This document shows, one piece after another, positions 1 through 9,981 of a DNA stretch of 50,006 nt. Source of the stretch: a virus; IMG/VR virus record IMGVR_UViG_3300029813_000039, positions 1 to 50,006 of that record; one strand, 5' to 3'. Below the pieces are notes generated by a model. The model saw only the letters and a program-made list of their open reading frames with translations. It made no database searches and had not been told where the DNA came from. The translations under genes and the position numbers were made by a program. Every line of letters begins with the position of its first letter. Positions within the stretch are counted from its first letter, which is position 1.

Positions 1-141
1 ACGTTCTTTTATTTCTTTTAGTTCTTGTTGCCAGAAACTTTGATTCTGTAAATCTTCTTCAGTAACATCACGCCAAGCACCTATTTCGCCTTCTTTTTTA
101 GCAGGTAAACTGTAGTCAAGGAATTGTGTTTTACGTTTTTC
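1..141. repeat. Terminal overlap copy 1: identical to 49866-50006 (closure of a circular or concatemeric assembly)
   Basis: Base-by-base comparison of the first 141 nt with the last 141 nt shows no mismatch. Sequence diverges immediately after (cttagc at 142). Confidence 0.95.
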
Positions 142-696
142 CTTAGCTTCATGTTTCCAAAATTCTGGTATCCTAACTGATTTATATCTATCAAGGTTGC
201 CTTGTACTATTTCTTTATATCTGCTAAGTTCACCCATTACTGCTGCTGGTGTACGCCCTTTTTCTGGTGTCGGATACATAGATTGTGCTACATCAGATCC
301 ATACACTATACGTGCTTTGATTTCATCAGCGTTATAAATTAATCCTTGTTCTGCAAGTCGATTAATATTCTGTAATTGATTCATTTGTACCTGTGCCTGT
401 TGGTTGAATTGAAGCATCTCTTGTTTAGCTTTAGCATCTATTTCTCGCAACATATGGTTACTTTTAGTTGCACCAATAAATCGCTTACTTCGATTTACTT
501 CTTTCCATTGGAGAGCATATTTATCTTGTATCTGTTGCCTACCAGTTTGTATCTGTTCATTGATAAATGATTCAGGTGTCAGATCACGCTGAGTAGCAGC
601 AGGAAGTTGTTCATATGGTAGACCCCACCCCGGCTTTGCACCACCTGGTACTGTACCTGGTGTATGTCTGATTTCTAAACTATCTCCGTTTGGCAT
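1..696 (-). CDS. Internal-virion/ejection-like protein, N-terminal 232 codons. The ORF runs off the left edge and continues across the circular junction to 49632 (309 aa in total).
   Basis: ATG at 696 with GGAGAA SD at 701-706 (minus sense). All 232 codons down to base 1 are open. The frame continues through 49865 to TAA at 49634-49632. Gln/Lys-rich, with no enzymatic motif recognised. Confidence 0.7.
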   Translation of the reverse strand, partial: MPNGDSLEIRHTPGTVPGGAKPGWGLPYEQLPAATQRDLTPESFINEQIQTGRQQIQDKYALQWKEVNRSKRFIGATKSNHMLREIDAKAKQEMLQFNQQAQVQMNQLQNINRLAEQGLIYNADEIKARIVYGSDVAQSMYPTPEKGRTPAAVMGELSRYKEIVQGNLDRYKSVRIPEFWKHEAKEKRKTQFLDYSLPAKKEGEIGAWRDVTEEDLQNQSFWQQELKEIKER

Positions 697-705
697 TTCA
701 TTCTC

Positions 706-2184
706 CTATACAAAAGCTATTTGATGATCAACACCCGTATCATCTCTGAACCATAATGTAGTAGGAACATCGTTTTTAACCCAAATTTGACCCCAACCTG
801 AATCTATAGTTCCAGATGTAGTATTTTCTTGTATATTTAATCTTGCGAATAATGGACTTGCTGTTGTTTGTAAATCCTGTGGGGCAATTCTCAAATCTGT
901 ACCAGCATCATTGGTGAACCATAACTCGTTAGGTGTAGCTGTTTTAGCCCATATCTGACCATAATCTGCTGTGTCTGCATTTGCTGCTGCTTGTTCTTTT
1001 AATGTTAATGCTCCTTCAATTGTTAATAATGTTTTGGGAGAAACTCCTCCAATATGAACCTTACCTGTTGTATCTTGAAAATAAACTTTAGTCGTACCCT
1101 CATCTCGAAATTTAAGACCACCATTAACATCTATTGCTAATTGCCAGTATTGACCACCACTATTTTCTTCAAGTCGAATATTATTAGCAGACAAATCAGC
1201 AATTATATGTAAAGGAGCATCTGGAGTTGTTGTCCTAATACCAATATTTTGATGTGCAATTAGATTACCACTTGAAGCAGAACAACCTATATAAACATCG
1301 TTAGGAAAACGTACATTGAAACTACTATCAGCCCATAATATAGGCGGATTATCTCCAAGCACACAAGCATCTACTGGCCCAGTACCACGCCATATTGAGA
1401 ACTCTCCATAACCACTTGATTCTGTTGTATCACATGAAAGTAAATAATGACCTACATTTGTCCCGCTATCATGTAATAAAATCCAAGATGCTCCACTTGA
1501 AAGAGATATGTTTCCTGTAAGATTAAGTCCAGCAAATGTAGGTGAAGCATCGGTAGAATAATCCTGACTAACAATAGCATTATCTTCAATTGTCAAAGTT
1601 TTGCCAGCAGCACTGAAATCTAATGTACCCGCATTAGTGACACACGCTGTTAGAAGATTTACTGCTGTGTAATTTGATGCTGTAATAGTGCCTGTTGTTG
1701 ATAAATTTTCATCATCAAAATTAATTGTGCCCGTTGAATCCCATATATTTCCTGGAAAAAATCCAATTATAGCACCGGTGTCGTTGACAAAGTGTATAGA
1801 ACCACTGGTATCACCACCAACTCCACCATCTAATACTAAAGCACAGTAACCCTCACCACCAGCATCACATCCAACAACCGCCCAAAGCCACTCATCACCA
1901 CCATCAAGGGGTGTGGATAAACCACTACCTACAGGAACTATAAGACCACCAGTGAGTGTTAAATTATTAAATGTAGGATTTGCAGTTGTTCTAATGTCTT
2001 GTATTGTATTGAGAGTTGGTCTAACATAATCAAGACTTGTACCTATGGTTACTACTTCTAAATCTTTACTGGCGTCCAAGGCAAGTAATTTGGATGCAGT
2101 ATGAGATGCTATATTTATAGTAGTGCCCGTAGTACCAAGTGTTATTTTATTGGCTGCTCTTTCTACGTGAAATATATTTGCCAT
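706..2184 (-). CDS. Tail fibre / receptor-binding protein
   Basis: Track ORF 706..2202. The likely start is ATG 2184 (TAATG overlap with the upstream stop). SPTF-type fibre motifs are present (TTANPTFNNLTLTG, DASPTFAGLNLTG, TASPLFARLNI). There are two C-terminal copies of a GQIWxK..LWFxxDxGxD module. Confidence 0.6.
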   Translation of the reverse strand: MANIFHVERAANKITLGTTGTTINIASHTASKLLALDASKDLEVVTIGTSLDYVRPTLNTIQDIRTTANPTFNNLTLTGGLIVPVGSGLSTPLDGGDEWLWAVVGCDAGGEGYCALVLDGGVGGDTSGSIHFVNDTGAIIGFFPGNIWDSTGTINFDDENLSTTGTITASNYTAVNLLTACVTNAGTLDFSAAGKTLTIEDNAIVSQDYSTDASPTFAGLNLTGNISLSSGASWILLHDSGTNVGHYLLSCDTTESSGYGEFSIWRGTGPVDACVLGDNPPILWADSSFNVRFPNDVYIGCSASSGNLIAHQNIGIRTTTPDAPLHIIADLSANNIRLEENSGGQYWQLAIDVNGGLKFRDEGTTKVYFQDTTGKVHIGGVSPKTLLTIEGALTLKEQAAANADTADYGQIWAKTATPNELWFTNDAGTDLRIAPQDLQTTASPLFARLNIQENTTSGTIDSGWGQIWVKNDVPTTLWFRDDTGVDHQIAFV

Positions 2185-2999
2185 TAGAAAGTCGGCCCCC
2201 AATAACCAGTATTGGGTGTCATTATTCCTGCATTACCTACTGGGGGTATTGTATAACCACTTAACAATGCCGTTCTTGCCTTTCTCTCAAACATACAAAA
2301 CGGCTCTCGGTAGAGTAAGGCTATTTCAGAAGCGTTGCGGGTATGATTATATATATTCAAATGGTCAATTATAGCATTTATATTTATACTTACATCAGGA
2401 TAGACGTTCCATCTTGCTCCAATAATGACTCTTATCGCTGATTCCAAAGAAACGGCTGCAATAGTATCACTACTATCAAGAACGCCATCTATGTAAATAT
2501 ACCCAGTTGTTCCAGACATTACCCAAACAACATGATACCATTGTAGGAGAGATAGTGTTTGTACTGAATCAACCATTGAAATATTGTCTGACCCAAAAAG
2601 ATGGAGACCTTTGGTGGCATTACTATAATAAATTCCCCAAGAACATGTATCACCATCTCTCTTGCAAGCTATATATCCAGTTGTGTCCGCAAGAAGATAA
2701 ACCCATGCAGAACCAGAAAGATATGTTGAAATATCCAAAGAGGGATTGTTGCCACAATTTACATAATCACCACCATCAAATGATAAAGCTGAACCAAATT
2801 TTCCAGAACTCCAAGTAGGTGAAGCTGCACCCGCTCCAAATGCTCCTGTATTGTTATTCCTACTCAAATCAAAGACTTGACCTCCTGAGCCTTCATTGAA
2901 TAGCCAGAGACCGACAATACCTTGAGATAATCTATGTCCTCGAATCAATCTCGCAGAGGGAGGCGGCTTCATAAAAGGATACGATGTTTTTATAATCAT
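2184..2999 (-). CDS. LamG / concanavalin-A-like lectin domain protein (fibre-associated)
   Basis: GLWLFNEGSG...SALSFDGGDYVNCG...WYHVVWVMSGTTGYIYIDGVL pattern typical of Laminin_G_3 jelly-roll domains. Sits inside the fibre cluster. Confidence 0.65.
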   Translation of the reverse strand: MIIKTSYPFMKPPPSARLIRGHRLSQGIVGLWLFNEGSGGQVFDLSRNNNTGAFGAGAASPTWSSGKFGSALSFDGGDYVNCGNNPSLDISTYLSGSAWVYLLADTTGYIACKRDGDTCSWGIYYSNATKGLHLFGSDNISMVDSVQTLSLLQWYHVVWVMSGTTGYIYIDGVLDSSDTIAAVSLESAIRVIIGARWNVYPDVSININAIIDHLNIYNHTRNASEIALLYREPFCMFERKARTALLSGYTIPPVGNAGIMTPNTGYWGPTF

Positions 3000-3005
3000 A
3001 ATAGA

Positions 3006-3494
3006 TTAAGTATATTGTCCATATTGTCCTTGATAAAAAGCACTACATCCTGAACCCGCAAGAGCAACACCTACTTGATTCTTCACAATAATACCCCATT
3101 TCGCTGGCACTATGCCGCCAAAAGCATTTGCAATACTAAACACATCAGATTCAAACACTTCATCGTCAGCGTCAAAGTGCATAATACCTAACAGATGACA
3201 ATTAGTAATTAATTGTCCTGCAACTGCACCGTATGCTGCATCTGCTCCCGTTGCTCCACCAGAATAGGTAGTGCCATCATTCGCTGTTCCATAGGCATAG
3301 ATTAAAAGATTTTTATTACCTGCGGGGACACCTTCTGTATTACTTATAATTAACTGAACTAAACAATCCAAAAATAAATTGGTTGTGTTATCAACTACAG
3401 TTGATGCTCGTAATCCATCATCTGCCAAACTATTAAGTGTAATTGTTATAGCTTGATTAGTGGTTCCAAGTTTCCCTTTTATGTCGCCAGCCAT
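3006..3494 (-). CDS. Hypothetical virion protein
   Basis: 162-aa ORF, TAATG-coupled to the upstream gene. Gly/Ala/Thr-rich, beta-rich composition. No motif recognised. Confidence 0.5.
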   Translation of the reverse strand: MAGDIKGKLGTTNQAITITLNSLADDGLRASTVVDNTTNLFLDCLVQLIISNTEGVPAGNKNLLIYAYGTANDGTTYSGGATGADAAYGAVAGQLITNCHLLGIMHFDADDEVFESDVFSIANAFGGIVPAKWGIIVKNQVGVALAGSGCSAFYQGQYGQYT

Positions 3495-3865
3495 TATATC
3501 TCCCTTGCTTGTAACGCATTTACTATTGTACTTTCATAACTATCTTTTTTATTTTTAATTGATGTTTCTCTTGCAACATGATTTAACCACGCTCCCCAAA
3601 TAGTATTAACAACCTTATCCCTAACTTCTATTAGAGTTTGACCATTAGTAGAGGCATCTATATTTTCAAATGTATAATTCCACACACTCGGATTTGCTAC
3701 ATCATCATCAATACGAGTAACTCTTATTGAAACTATACTACCACTTAATTGAACCACGCTTAAATCTGCTTCCCACGTTATTGCCATAATTATATCTCCA
3801 CTTAATGGGTATTCTTCATAAGAAAACGGAGGTGGACTTTTGATTATATACTGATACATATACAT
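3494..3865 (-). CDS. Hypothetical virion protein (start uncertain: 3865, 3925 GTG or 3787)
   Basis: Track ORF 3494..3925 starts at a GTG without SD. ATG 3865 has GGGAG 6 nt upstream. ATG 3787 (MAITWEA) has GGAGA 8 nt upstream. Confidence 0.45.
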   Translation of the reverse strand: MYMYQYIIKSPPPFSYEEYPLSGDIIMAITWEADLSVVQLSGSIVSIRVTRIDDDVANPSVWNYTFENIDASTNGQTLIEVRDKVVNTIWGAWLNHVARETSIKNKKDSYESTIVNALQAREI

Positions 3866-3934
3866 TGTCCGCTCCCACTGTTCTTGTTCCTGTGTATGTT
3901 CCCAAGGTAAATATTTCTCACACACCTGAAATAT

Positions 3935-4075
3935 CTATTGGCGTTCTGTCATTGTGTAATAATGAAAAACACTGTAAGTATTAGGGCCAACATCAATATG
4001 ACCATCTGTACTAATATAAATTAATTGATAATTCGGTGCAAATAATTCTTCAAATGGGGTATAAGTTATTGCCAT
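3935..4075 (-). CDS. Small hypothetical ORF (46 aa, MAITYTPFEE...)
   Basis: ATG 4075 lies 5 nt after the upstream stop. The ORF fills an otherwise empty 150-nt gap. It starts with the same ATGGCAATAAC as the internal start at 3787. SD is weak. Confidence 0.3.
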   Translation of the reverse strand: MAITYTPFEELFAPNYQLIYISTDGHIDVGPNTYSVFHYYTMTERQ

Positions 4076-4079
4076 CTTA

Positions 4080-5888
4080 TTATCCTGGTACAGTATAACC
4101 TGTTACTAATACACTAATATTTCCAACTGCTTCGCAAATAACCTCTAAATCTTTATCTACTCCTAATACTATCGGGGCTTTATCAGGCAATGTAAGAGCT
4201 ACTCCACCGCCAGCTTTCAACCAAAATTTTCCAGTTTTAGCAACACTATCTTCATCTTGCAATTTAATCCACCCCTCTATATCAACAGATATAACATAAG
4301 ACTGAACCACAATTATTGTACTTGCCGCACTCGCTTTAACTACTTTTCCTTCAGCAGTGGCATCTGCACTATCATATACTGCTTCAAAAGCTGTTGGCTC
4401 TACTCCTGCAAGCAATCTGCCATAAGCATCAGCTAATACTCTAACAGCATCACCATCACCTACTGCTGTTGGTTTAGTACTATCATATGCTCCCATTAAT
4501 TGTGGGCCATCAGCCGAAGCAACACTATCGTGAGTAGCATCCCAATCATCTATTATCTCTGTTGCCAGTTTGATAGCCCCTGTATCAGCATCTATAGTAT
4601 CCAATACAGCATCAATAGTATCTAATACGGCATTGTCGGTAGCACTAAGATTAGCTGTAACAGTTCCGTCAACTGTAATTATACCAGTAGAGTCGTTGGC
4701 AATAGTAACCCTAATGGCCGTAGCCTCTGCACCACCACCAACCACAAGCAAGGGGTCTGTATTAAGTTCTATTTGGTCAAGTACAGCATTATCCGTAGCA
4801 CCAAGGTTGGCTGTAATAGTACCACTTGACACAACAACAGCACCAGTATTACAAGCCGTTATTTTTCCATCTATAGAAGTTGTGTCACCAGCAATAACAC
4901 CAGTATCAGTATCCATTGTACCTAATAATGCAAGAGCAGCATCGCTATTAAAATCTTGAACCCAAAGAGCACCTTCGGCAGAACATCTAAAAGAGGCCCA
5001 ATCCCCCGCTACTGGGGTTAGAGTAGCAATAACATCATCTCTCTCCATCATAGTAGCAAGACCAACTATGGTGGCTGGTGTTGCTACATCTTCTGTATAT
5101 TCTGTACCTCCTCCACCAGACAAAACATCTACTTGCACATGACCGTCAGTACCAACAAGAATAGCACGTCTATCTGTCCCATCATCTCCCTGACAGAGAA
5201 CACCCTTACCATAAGCCTGAGCATCAGCAGCAAATGTATCTGAGGGTTGTGTAACAATATCTACATTACCTATATTGTTATCACCAGCAGCAATAGTTAA
5301 TACATCTACATCACCAATATTATTTGTTCCTGCTGGTAAGGCTGCCACAACATCTACTTGCATTTCTGTACCGGATATTGCGTTATCAATAATCTCAACA
5401 GCAGTTTTTATTGCCCCAGTATCAGCGTCTATAGTTCCCAAATAATTATTACACTCATCATTAGTTGCAATAGTTACCCTTAATGTCTGAGCAGTTAGAA
5501 CACCAGCGTTAGCAGACACATCTGTACCGGCAACATTCAGATTAACATTACAATAATTTGCATCATCCCAATCATCTATAATTTCCAAAGCAGTAACTAT
5601 AGCTGTGGAATTGGCATCCATCGTATGTAATCTACCATCCGAATTTGTAATAAGGGGCTGATAGTCAGCATCCGTACCACTTAAAGCAGCGGCAGTATCC
5701 TGTCGCACCGTTAAGGCCATAATACCGTGTTCACCAGAAGTATGTGCGGAATCCTCAGCCTTACTTAAAGCTTCTGTAGTACCAGTACCGCTTGCAGTAA
5801 GTTTAATATTAGGATATAAAACACCACCCTCTTCTTCTGCTGAACCTGTTGCACCTGTTCCTGGTGTAAAATCAAAATTATCAGCCAT
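4080..5888 (-). CDS. Repeat-rich fibre/decoration-like structural protein
   Basis: 602-aa acidic Thr/Ala/Asp-rich ORF. Reiterated modules: IDADTGAIKxAxEIID (x2), EIIDDWD (x2), ATDNAVLD (x2), NNIGxVDv (x2), RVTIAxND (x2). Confidence 0.55.
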   Translation of the reverse strand: MADNFDFTPGTGATGSAEEEGGVLYPNIKLTASGTGTTEALSKAEDSAHTSGEHGIMALTVRQDTAAALSGTDADYQPLITNSDGRLHTMDANSTAIVTALEIIDDWDDANYCNVNLNVAGTDVSANAGVLTAQTLRVTIATNDECNNYLGTIDADTGAIKTAVEIIDNAISGTEMQVDVVAALPAGTNNIGDVDVLTIAAGDNNIGNVDIVTQPSDTFAADAQAYGKGVLCQGDDGTDRRAILVGTDGHVQVDVLSGGGGTEYTEDVATPATIVGLATMMERDDVIATLTPVAGDWASFRCSAEGALWVQDFNSDAALALLGTMDTDTGVIAGDTTSIDGKITACNTGAVVVSSGTITANLGATDNAVLDQIELNTDPLLVVGGGAEATAIRVTIANDSTGIITVDGTVTANLSATDNAVLDTIDAVLDTIDADTGAIKLATEIIDDWDATHDSVASADGPQLMGAYDSTKPTAVGDGDAVRVLADAYGRLLAGVEPTAFEAVYDSADATAEGKVVKASAASTIIVVQSYVISVDIEGWIKLQDEDSVAKTGKFWLKAGGGVALTLPDKAPIVLGVDKDLEVICEAVGNISVLVTGYTVPG

Positions 5889-5899
5889 TCAATTTCTCC

Positions 5900-6355
5900 T
5901 CATATTGTATATGTATAATAAAAAGGTAGCCAAGCACCAAAAGGGTTTCCTGTCACAATATCTTCTAATTCTTCTTCTGCTGTAAAATACATTTCATTAT
6001 TATTTACAAAAAATATAATAGACTCACTTATGTCTTTAATCGTAATACCAGCAAATTCAGGATGAGCATCCACATGAATATCTTGTGGTGTAGAAAGAGT
6101 TACTTTACCGTTAGCACCAGTAACCGTTATTTGATTCTCAGTACCAAGTATCCATGTTGTTAAATCAGTAACAGATTCAAAAACTTTACCTGAATCAGTA
6201 GCAATTAAACGAGAAGCTACTAAATCAGACAAAGATATACTTGAAAATGTAGGACTGGCATTACGGCCTAATTTGAATCTAATCTTGTTAATGATAAGAT
6301 CAAGTCGTTTCCAATCTTCAGGTATAACTCTCGGTATATCTAATGATTGCCCCAT
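5900..6355 (-). CDS. Fibre-associated protein with SPTF motif
   Basis: 151 aa. RNASPTFSSISLSDL and HPEFAGITIKD resemble the SPTFAGLNLTG motifs of the 706-2184 fibre. Confidence 0.5.
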   Translation of the reverse strand: MGQSLDIPRVIPEDWKRLDLIINKIRFKLGRNASPTFSSISLSDLVASRLIATDSGKVFESVTDLTTWILGTENQITVTGANGKVTLSTPQDIHVDAHPEFAGITIKDISESIIFFVNNNEMYFTAEEELEDIVTGNPFGAWLPFYYTYTI

Positions 6356-7126
6356 TTATCCAGTTACCCACGCAGGTTGTTCAGATCTCCATTGTTCAGA
6401 TGCACCCCAAAATCCTTGTGCAGGTGTTGGCCACGGTGTTTCTGCTGTAGTACCACCACCAGTCCAATCTGGTACCCGTTCTTCTGTTGTATCATATAAT
6501 GACGGAAACTGTTTAGCATATCCACCACCAGTCGGTGCAGTTATTGTCGGTCCACGAGATGCCATTTGTTCTCTTTGAAGAGTAGCTTGTAAATCAGCTA
6601 TGTATCTTTGTAAATCTCTTTGTGCTCCTGCTTGACCTGCTTGGAACTGTCTTTGTACTCCTGCTTGGCCTGCTTGGAAACCCATGCCAGCTTCTTGCAT
6701 TGAAATACCAGAAAGTGCCTGTGCTCTTCGTTCTTCTACTCCCATTCGTGCTGGCATTCCAACTTCTTCTTCATATCTCTTACCAAGTCCACCAGCTAAA
6801 GTAGTACCAGCAAGACCAGCACCTACGAGATGTTGCATCCCCGATGCCATAGCCTTTACTCTACCACGTTCTAATCCTGCTTCAATACCTTTGCCAAAAC
6901 CACCACCGGGTTCATAAAGTTCTTTTGCTTTCCTAAGAGCATCAAGTGCTGCTACATTTACACCACCAACACCAGTAATAGTTTTAGTAGTAGGTGGTGT
7001 TCCTGGTGGTTTTGTTGCCGCTCGTATTTGAGCAGGAGTTTGAAATGTTCTTGTAAAGGGTTGTAAACTTCTTGTTTCTGGCCCCAATAACGGAGTTCTT
7101 GATGCTGCTCCACCATATAATGCCAT
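6356..7126 (-). CDS. Gly/Gln/Ala-rich internal-virion-like protein
   Basis: 256-aa ORF, TAATG/TAAATG coupled on both sides. Low-complexity QAGQAG repeats. No enzymatic motif recognised. Confidence 0.5.
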   Translation of the reverse strand: MALYGGAASRTPLLGPETRSLQPFTRTFQTPAQIRAATKPPGTPPTTKTITGVGGVNVAALDALRKAKELYEPGGGFGKGIEAGLERGRVKAMASGMQHLVGAGLAGTTLAGGLGKRYEEEVGMPARMGVEERRAQALSGISMQEAGMGFQAGQAGVQRQFQAGQAGAQRDLQRYIADLQATLQREQMASRGPTITAPTGGGYAKQFPSLYDTTEERVPDWTGGGTTAETPWPTPAQGFWGASEQWRSEQPAWVTG

Positions 7127-8760
7127 TATAACACTCTCCCAATCTGTTTAACATCCAGGGTTAATTTTTCAAACCCCCAAGTTTCTGTTTCTGTATCGTT
7201 GCCGATTTTCACCGCACCAAATTTACCTCGTGCTTTTCTACGATCTTTGTTACCTTTCTGGTAACCAGGACTATTAAATACACCAGAATATTTAGCTGTA
7301 ATATCTTTAGTTATATGTTCAGATGTTCTCGCGGCAAAAACTGAAAAATCAATATCATCTGAATCATCTTCCCCACCCAATATACCACCGGCAGATACTA
7401 TGTTTATGTTACCCAATATACCATCACCAATACCAGTAGATAATTGTAGAGGTCCAAGAACTGCATAACTATCTATAAGTTGATCAGATTCACCTATATT
7501 ATCATCTTTAGCAGTTTTATCAAATTTTCTAAGATAACCATCTTTACAACCAACAATCACATCTCTTAGTGTAGTATCATTAGCAGCATAATAGAATAAA
7601 GAATATGCTCCACATTGGATTGGATATGTCTCAAGGAAAAATCCTTCAGTTTTTAGATCATACCAATAATTATAATTAGAACCATCTTCTAACAAAGTAA
7701 TACATATATGAATACCATAATCTATTCGATTATATATCATAGTAATACGATGTGTTGATGGATCAGCAACCCTATCTTTGATTATATCAGGTAATGCTAT
7801 CGCTGATAAACACTCTGGAACTCCCGGAATAGTAGTTCTATAAAATCCATTTGTACCCCAGAAATACAAATTTCCCGCACCATCCCAACACCAACTATTA
7901 GCTCCGAAAATACCGGTAGTTAAATCAAGTCCAAATAATTCCCCACCGTAAGCTGGATCACCTGATAAATACCAAATAGAAGTAGCACATCCAAAAATAA
8001 GATAATCATCTTTGTACGGTATAAGACAACGTACAATATCACCAAGTTCACCAGCATCAGCAGCACCACCCTTTACGGGTGTTCCCGCGTCACCAGCAAG
8101 ATAAGCAAAATCCCATAGATCAGTTTGGCGTGTCATATACCATTGATCGGGATGTTCTGGATTACCAGATATAATTCCTCTACCGCAATACAAACAACCG
8201 AGATATGCTTTATTGGGCATAGATCCATAAGTATTTTCGTCATCATTGTAAGGGGTCCAATCATACCAATGTGGTTTTGCAACGGGTAAAGCATTAAGTG
8301 TAAAACTCACAGCAGTAGGTGTTCCGCTTGCATTTGTACCTGTAACTAATTCAGCAGCTTCATCAAATGTACCAGATATTACATACCCATATATTAATGC
8401 TGTACCATTAATTGCGTTACAATAATCTACTACCATTTTAGCTTCACTTGTAGTACCAGTAAGAATTGTTCCTTTCAATGGAGCAATATTAAGGTCATCA
8501 TCAGGTCTTATATCAAGAGTAGATAATTTTGTATTAACAAAATCTGCTACTTTGAATTTGGCACCGTTTACTATAAATACTTTCTGATAAGCCTCGAACA
8601 TATTAAGTTGATCAGAAGTATCAATTTGGCCCGCACCTATTTCCAGATCTTTCATTTCTCCATCAGCCACAGCATCTAAATCCTCATAAAAAATATCATC
8701 ATTTCCGGCAACTACAAGCCGTTTATAAGCAAATTGATCATCAGGTGGTGTGAATGCCAT
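7126..8760 (-). CDS. Large tail/baseplate-like structural protein
   Basis: Track ORF 7126..8775. ATG 8760 has GAGGT 8 nt upstream and abuts the upstream TGA. Size and position in the tail cluster; aromatic/Gly-rich beta-type sequence. Confidence 0.5.
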   Translation of the reverse strand: MAFTPPDDQFAYKRLVVAGNDDIFYEDLDAVADGEMKDLEIGAGQIDTSDQLNMFEAYQKVFIVNGAKFKVADFVNTKLSTLDIRPDDDLNIAPLKGTILTGTTSEAKMVVDYCNAINGTALIYGYVISGTFDEAAELVTGTNASGTPTAVSFTLNALPVAKPHWYDWTPYNDDENTYGSMPNKAYLGCLYCGRGIISGNPEHPDQWYMTRQTDLWDFAYLAGDAGTPVKGGAADAGELGDIVRCLIPYKDDYLIFGCATSIWYLSGDPAYGGELFGLDLTTGIFGANSWCWDGAGNLYFWGTNGFYRTTIPGVPECLSAIALPDIIKDRVADPSTHRITMIYNRIDYGIHICITLLEDGSNYNYWYDLKTEGFFLETYPIQCGAYSLFYYAANDTTLRDVIVGCKDGYLRKFDKTAKDDNIGESDQLIDSYAVLGPLQLSTGIGDGILGNINIVSAGGILGGEDDSDDIDFSVFAARTSEHITKDITAKYSGVFNSPGYQKGNKDRRKARGKFGAVKIGNDTETETWGFEKLTLDVKQIGRVL

Positions 8761-8761
8761 T

Positions 8762-9754
8762 TCATACGACCTCATACCAAATTTTATTATCTACGGCCAC
8801 TACTAATCTCCTAACTGCTAACATAGCATTCCCACCAGTCCAACTCCAATCTTCTCCTTCAATTCCGGGTGGATCATCATATGGCCCATACCCAGCACCA
8901 CGACCACCAGGAAGCAAATCATAACTTATCAATATTCGGTCAAAACTGATAGTAGTAAATGACCAAGTATTTCCTGTAGTTGTGCCATGCACATTCGTAG
9001 CATCAATTCGCCACTCATAAATAGTTTCATAGGCTAATGTTCCAAATTCAATAGCCCATTCAATACCTGCCTGGGCCACACCAACCAGTTCCCAATCATC
9101 TCCTGATTCACGAAAATAAACTTCATAGGTATCACCAGCAGGATCGCCAGCAGCCCATTCTAATGGAGTTTCGTCTAATGTTATATTTGTTACACCTGTA
9201 GGAGATGGTGATACAAGTGTTGGTGCTCCCGGTAATTCTGCACCTACATCAAAACCATACTCAGTAAACATAAAATCAGCACCAGTTCTTGTTTGCCATT
9301 CATCATCGCCACTCATATTAGGACGTTGAATGGTATCCCCTCTGGTGTAATTAGCACCTATATGGTCTACTTTCCAATTAACGTAATCAACACCTAATTC
9401 AGCGTTAGGGGCCATTAATATAATAGCATATTTTGTATCTGAAGATAATTCAGATCCAACTCCTAAAGTAATTGTTCTGGTAATACCTGCCGTATTTGTA
9501 GTTAAGGTATCCCCATCTGTAATACCAGAACACAAAGCATCACCAGTTGGGAATCCACTCTCATCTACACCATAAATATATACGTTCAAAATTCCAGGAG
9601 AACCTATTCTATATAAATCTAAAGCAACTTGTTCAATAGTATGTGTAATTTGTGGAGTAAATGTTTGTCCAATTCTATCTGTCGCTGGCACATATGCGGG
9701 AATACCAAACGCAGCACTTTCCCCAGTTGTATAATATTCATATATTGTTGCCAT
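8762..9754 (-). CDS. Structural protein with C-terminal FN3-like domain
   Basis: Start ATG 9754 (GGTGG SD). The C-terminal PGAPTLVSPSP...YEVYFRESGDDWELVG...YEWRIDATNVHGTTTGNTWSFTT looks like a fibronectin-III/Ig-like module. Confidence 0.5.
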   Translation of the reverse strand: MATIYEYYTTGESAAFGIPAYVPATDRIGQTFTPQITHTIEQVALDLYRIGSPGILNVYIYGVDESGFPTGDALCSGITDGDTLTTNTAGITRTITLGVGSELSSDTKYAIILMAPNAELGVDYVNWKVDHIGANYTRGDTIQRPNMSGDDEWQTRTGADFMFTEYGFDVGAELPGAPTLVSPSPTGVTNITLDETPLEWAAGDPAGDTYEVYFRESGDDWELVGVAQAGIEWAIEFGTLAYETIYEWRIDATNVHGTTTGNTWSFTTISFDRILISYDLLPGGRGAGYGPYDDPPGIEGEDWSWTGGNAMLAVRRLVVAVDNKIWYEVV

Positions 9755-9755
9755 A

Positions 9756-9980
9756 TCACGCCACCGAACTAACTGTACACATTGCAACTACAGGCTGCTC
9801 TGTCGCACTGATTTGAGTACCAGCACCCCACTTAGCCAATCCTGGTCTTTGTCCACCACGCAACCTGTTGGATAGGGTATCATAAGGTCTAACATTTAAC
9901 ATACTGAATGATGTTAAGGGAGGTTGTTTTTCAGTTACGAAACCTTTATGCAAACCTTTAATCGGAAAGAAAATTTCCAT
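9756..9980 (-). CDS. Small hypothetical virion protein
   Basis: 74-aa ORF tightly packed (TGATATG) with the next gene. Confidence 0.45.
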   Translation of the reverse strand: MEIFFPIKGLHKGFVTEKQPPLTSFSMLNVRPYDTLSNRLRGGQRPGLAKWGAGTQISATEQPVVAMCTVSSVA

Positions 9981-9981
9981 G

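Noticed and set aside
706-2999. Diversity-generating retroelement targeting the LamG/fibre genes
   Set aside because: There is no reverse transcriptase ORF, and no template/variable repeat pair with adenine-specific differences was found anywhere in the genome.
3494-4075. A single 194-codon gene formed by reading through the TAG at 3935-3937, which joins ORF 4075-3935 to ORF 3925-3494 (same frame)
   Set aside because: Adjacent genes share a frame one time in three by chance. Good internal starts with SDs exist at 3865 and 3787, and there is no homology support for a fused product. It is kept only as a low-confidence pair of ORFs.
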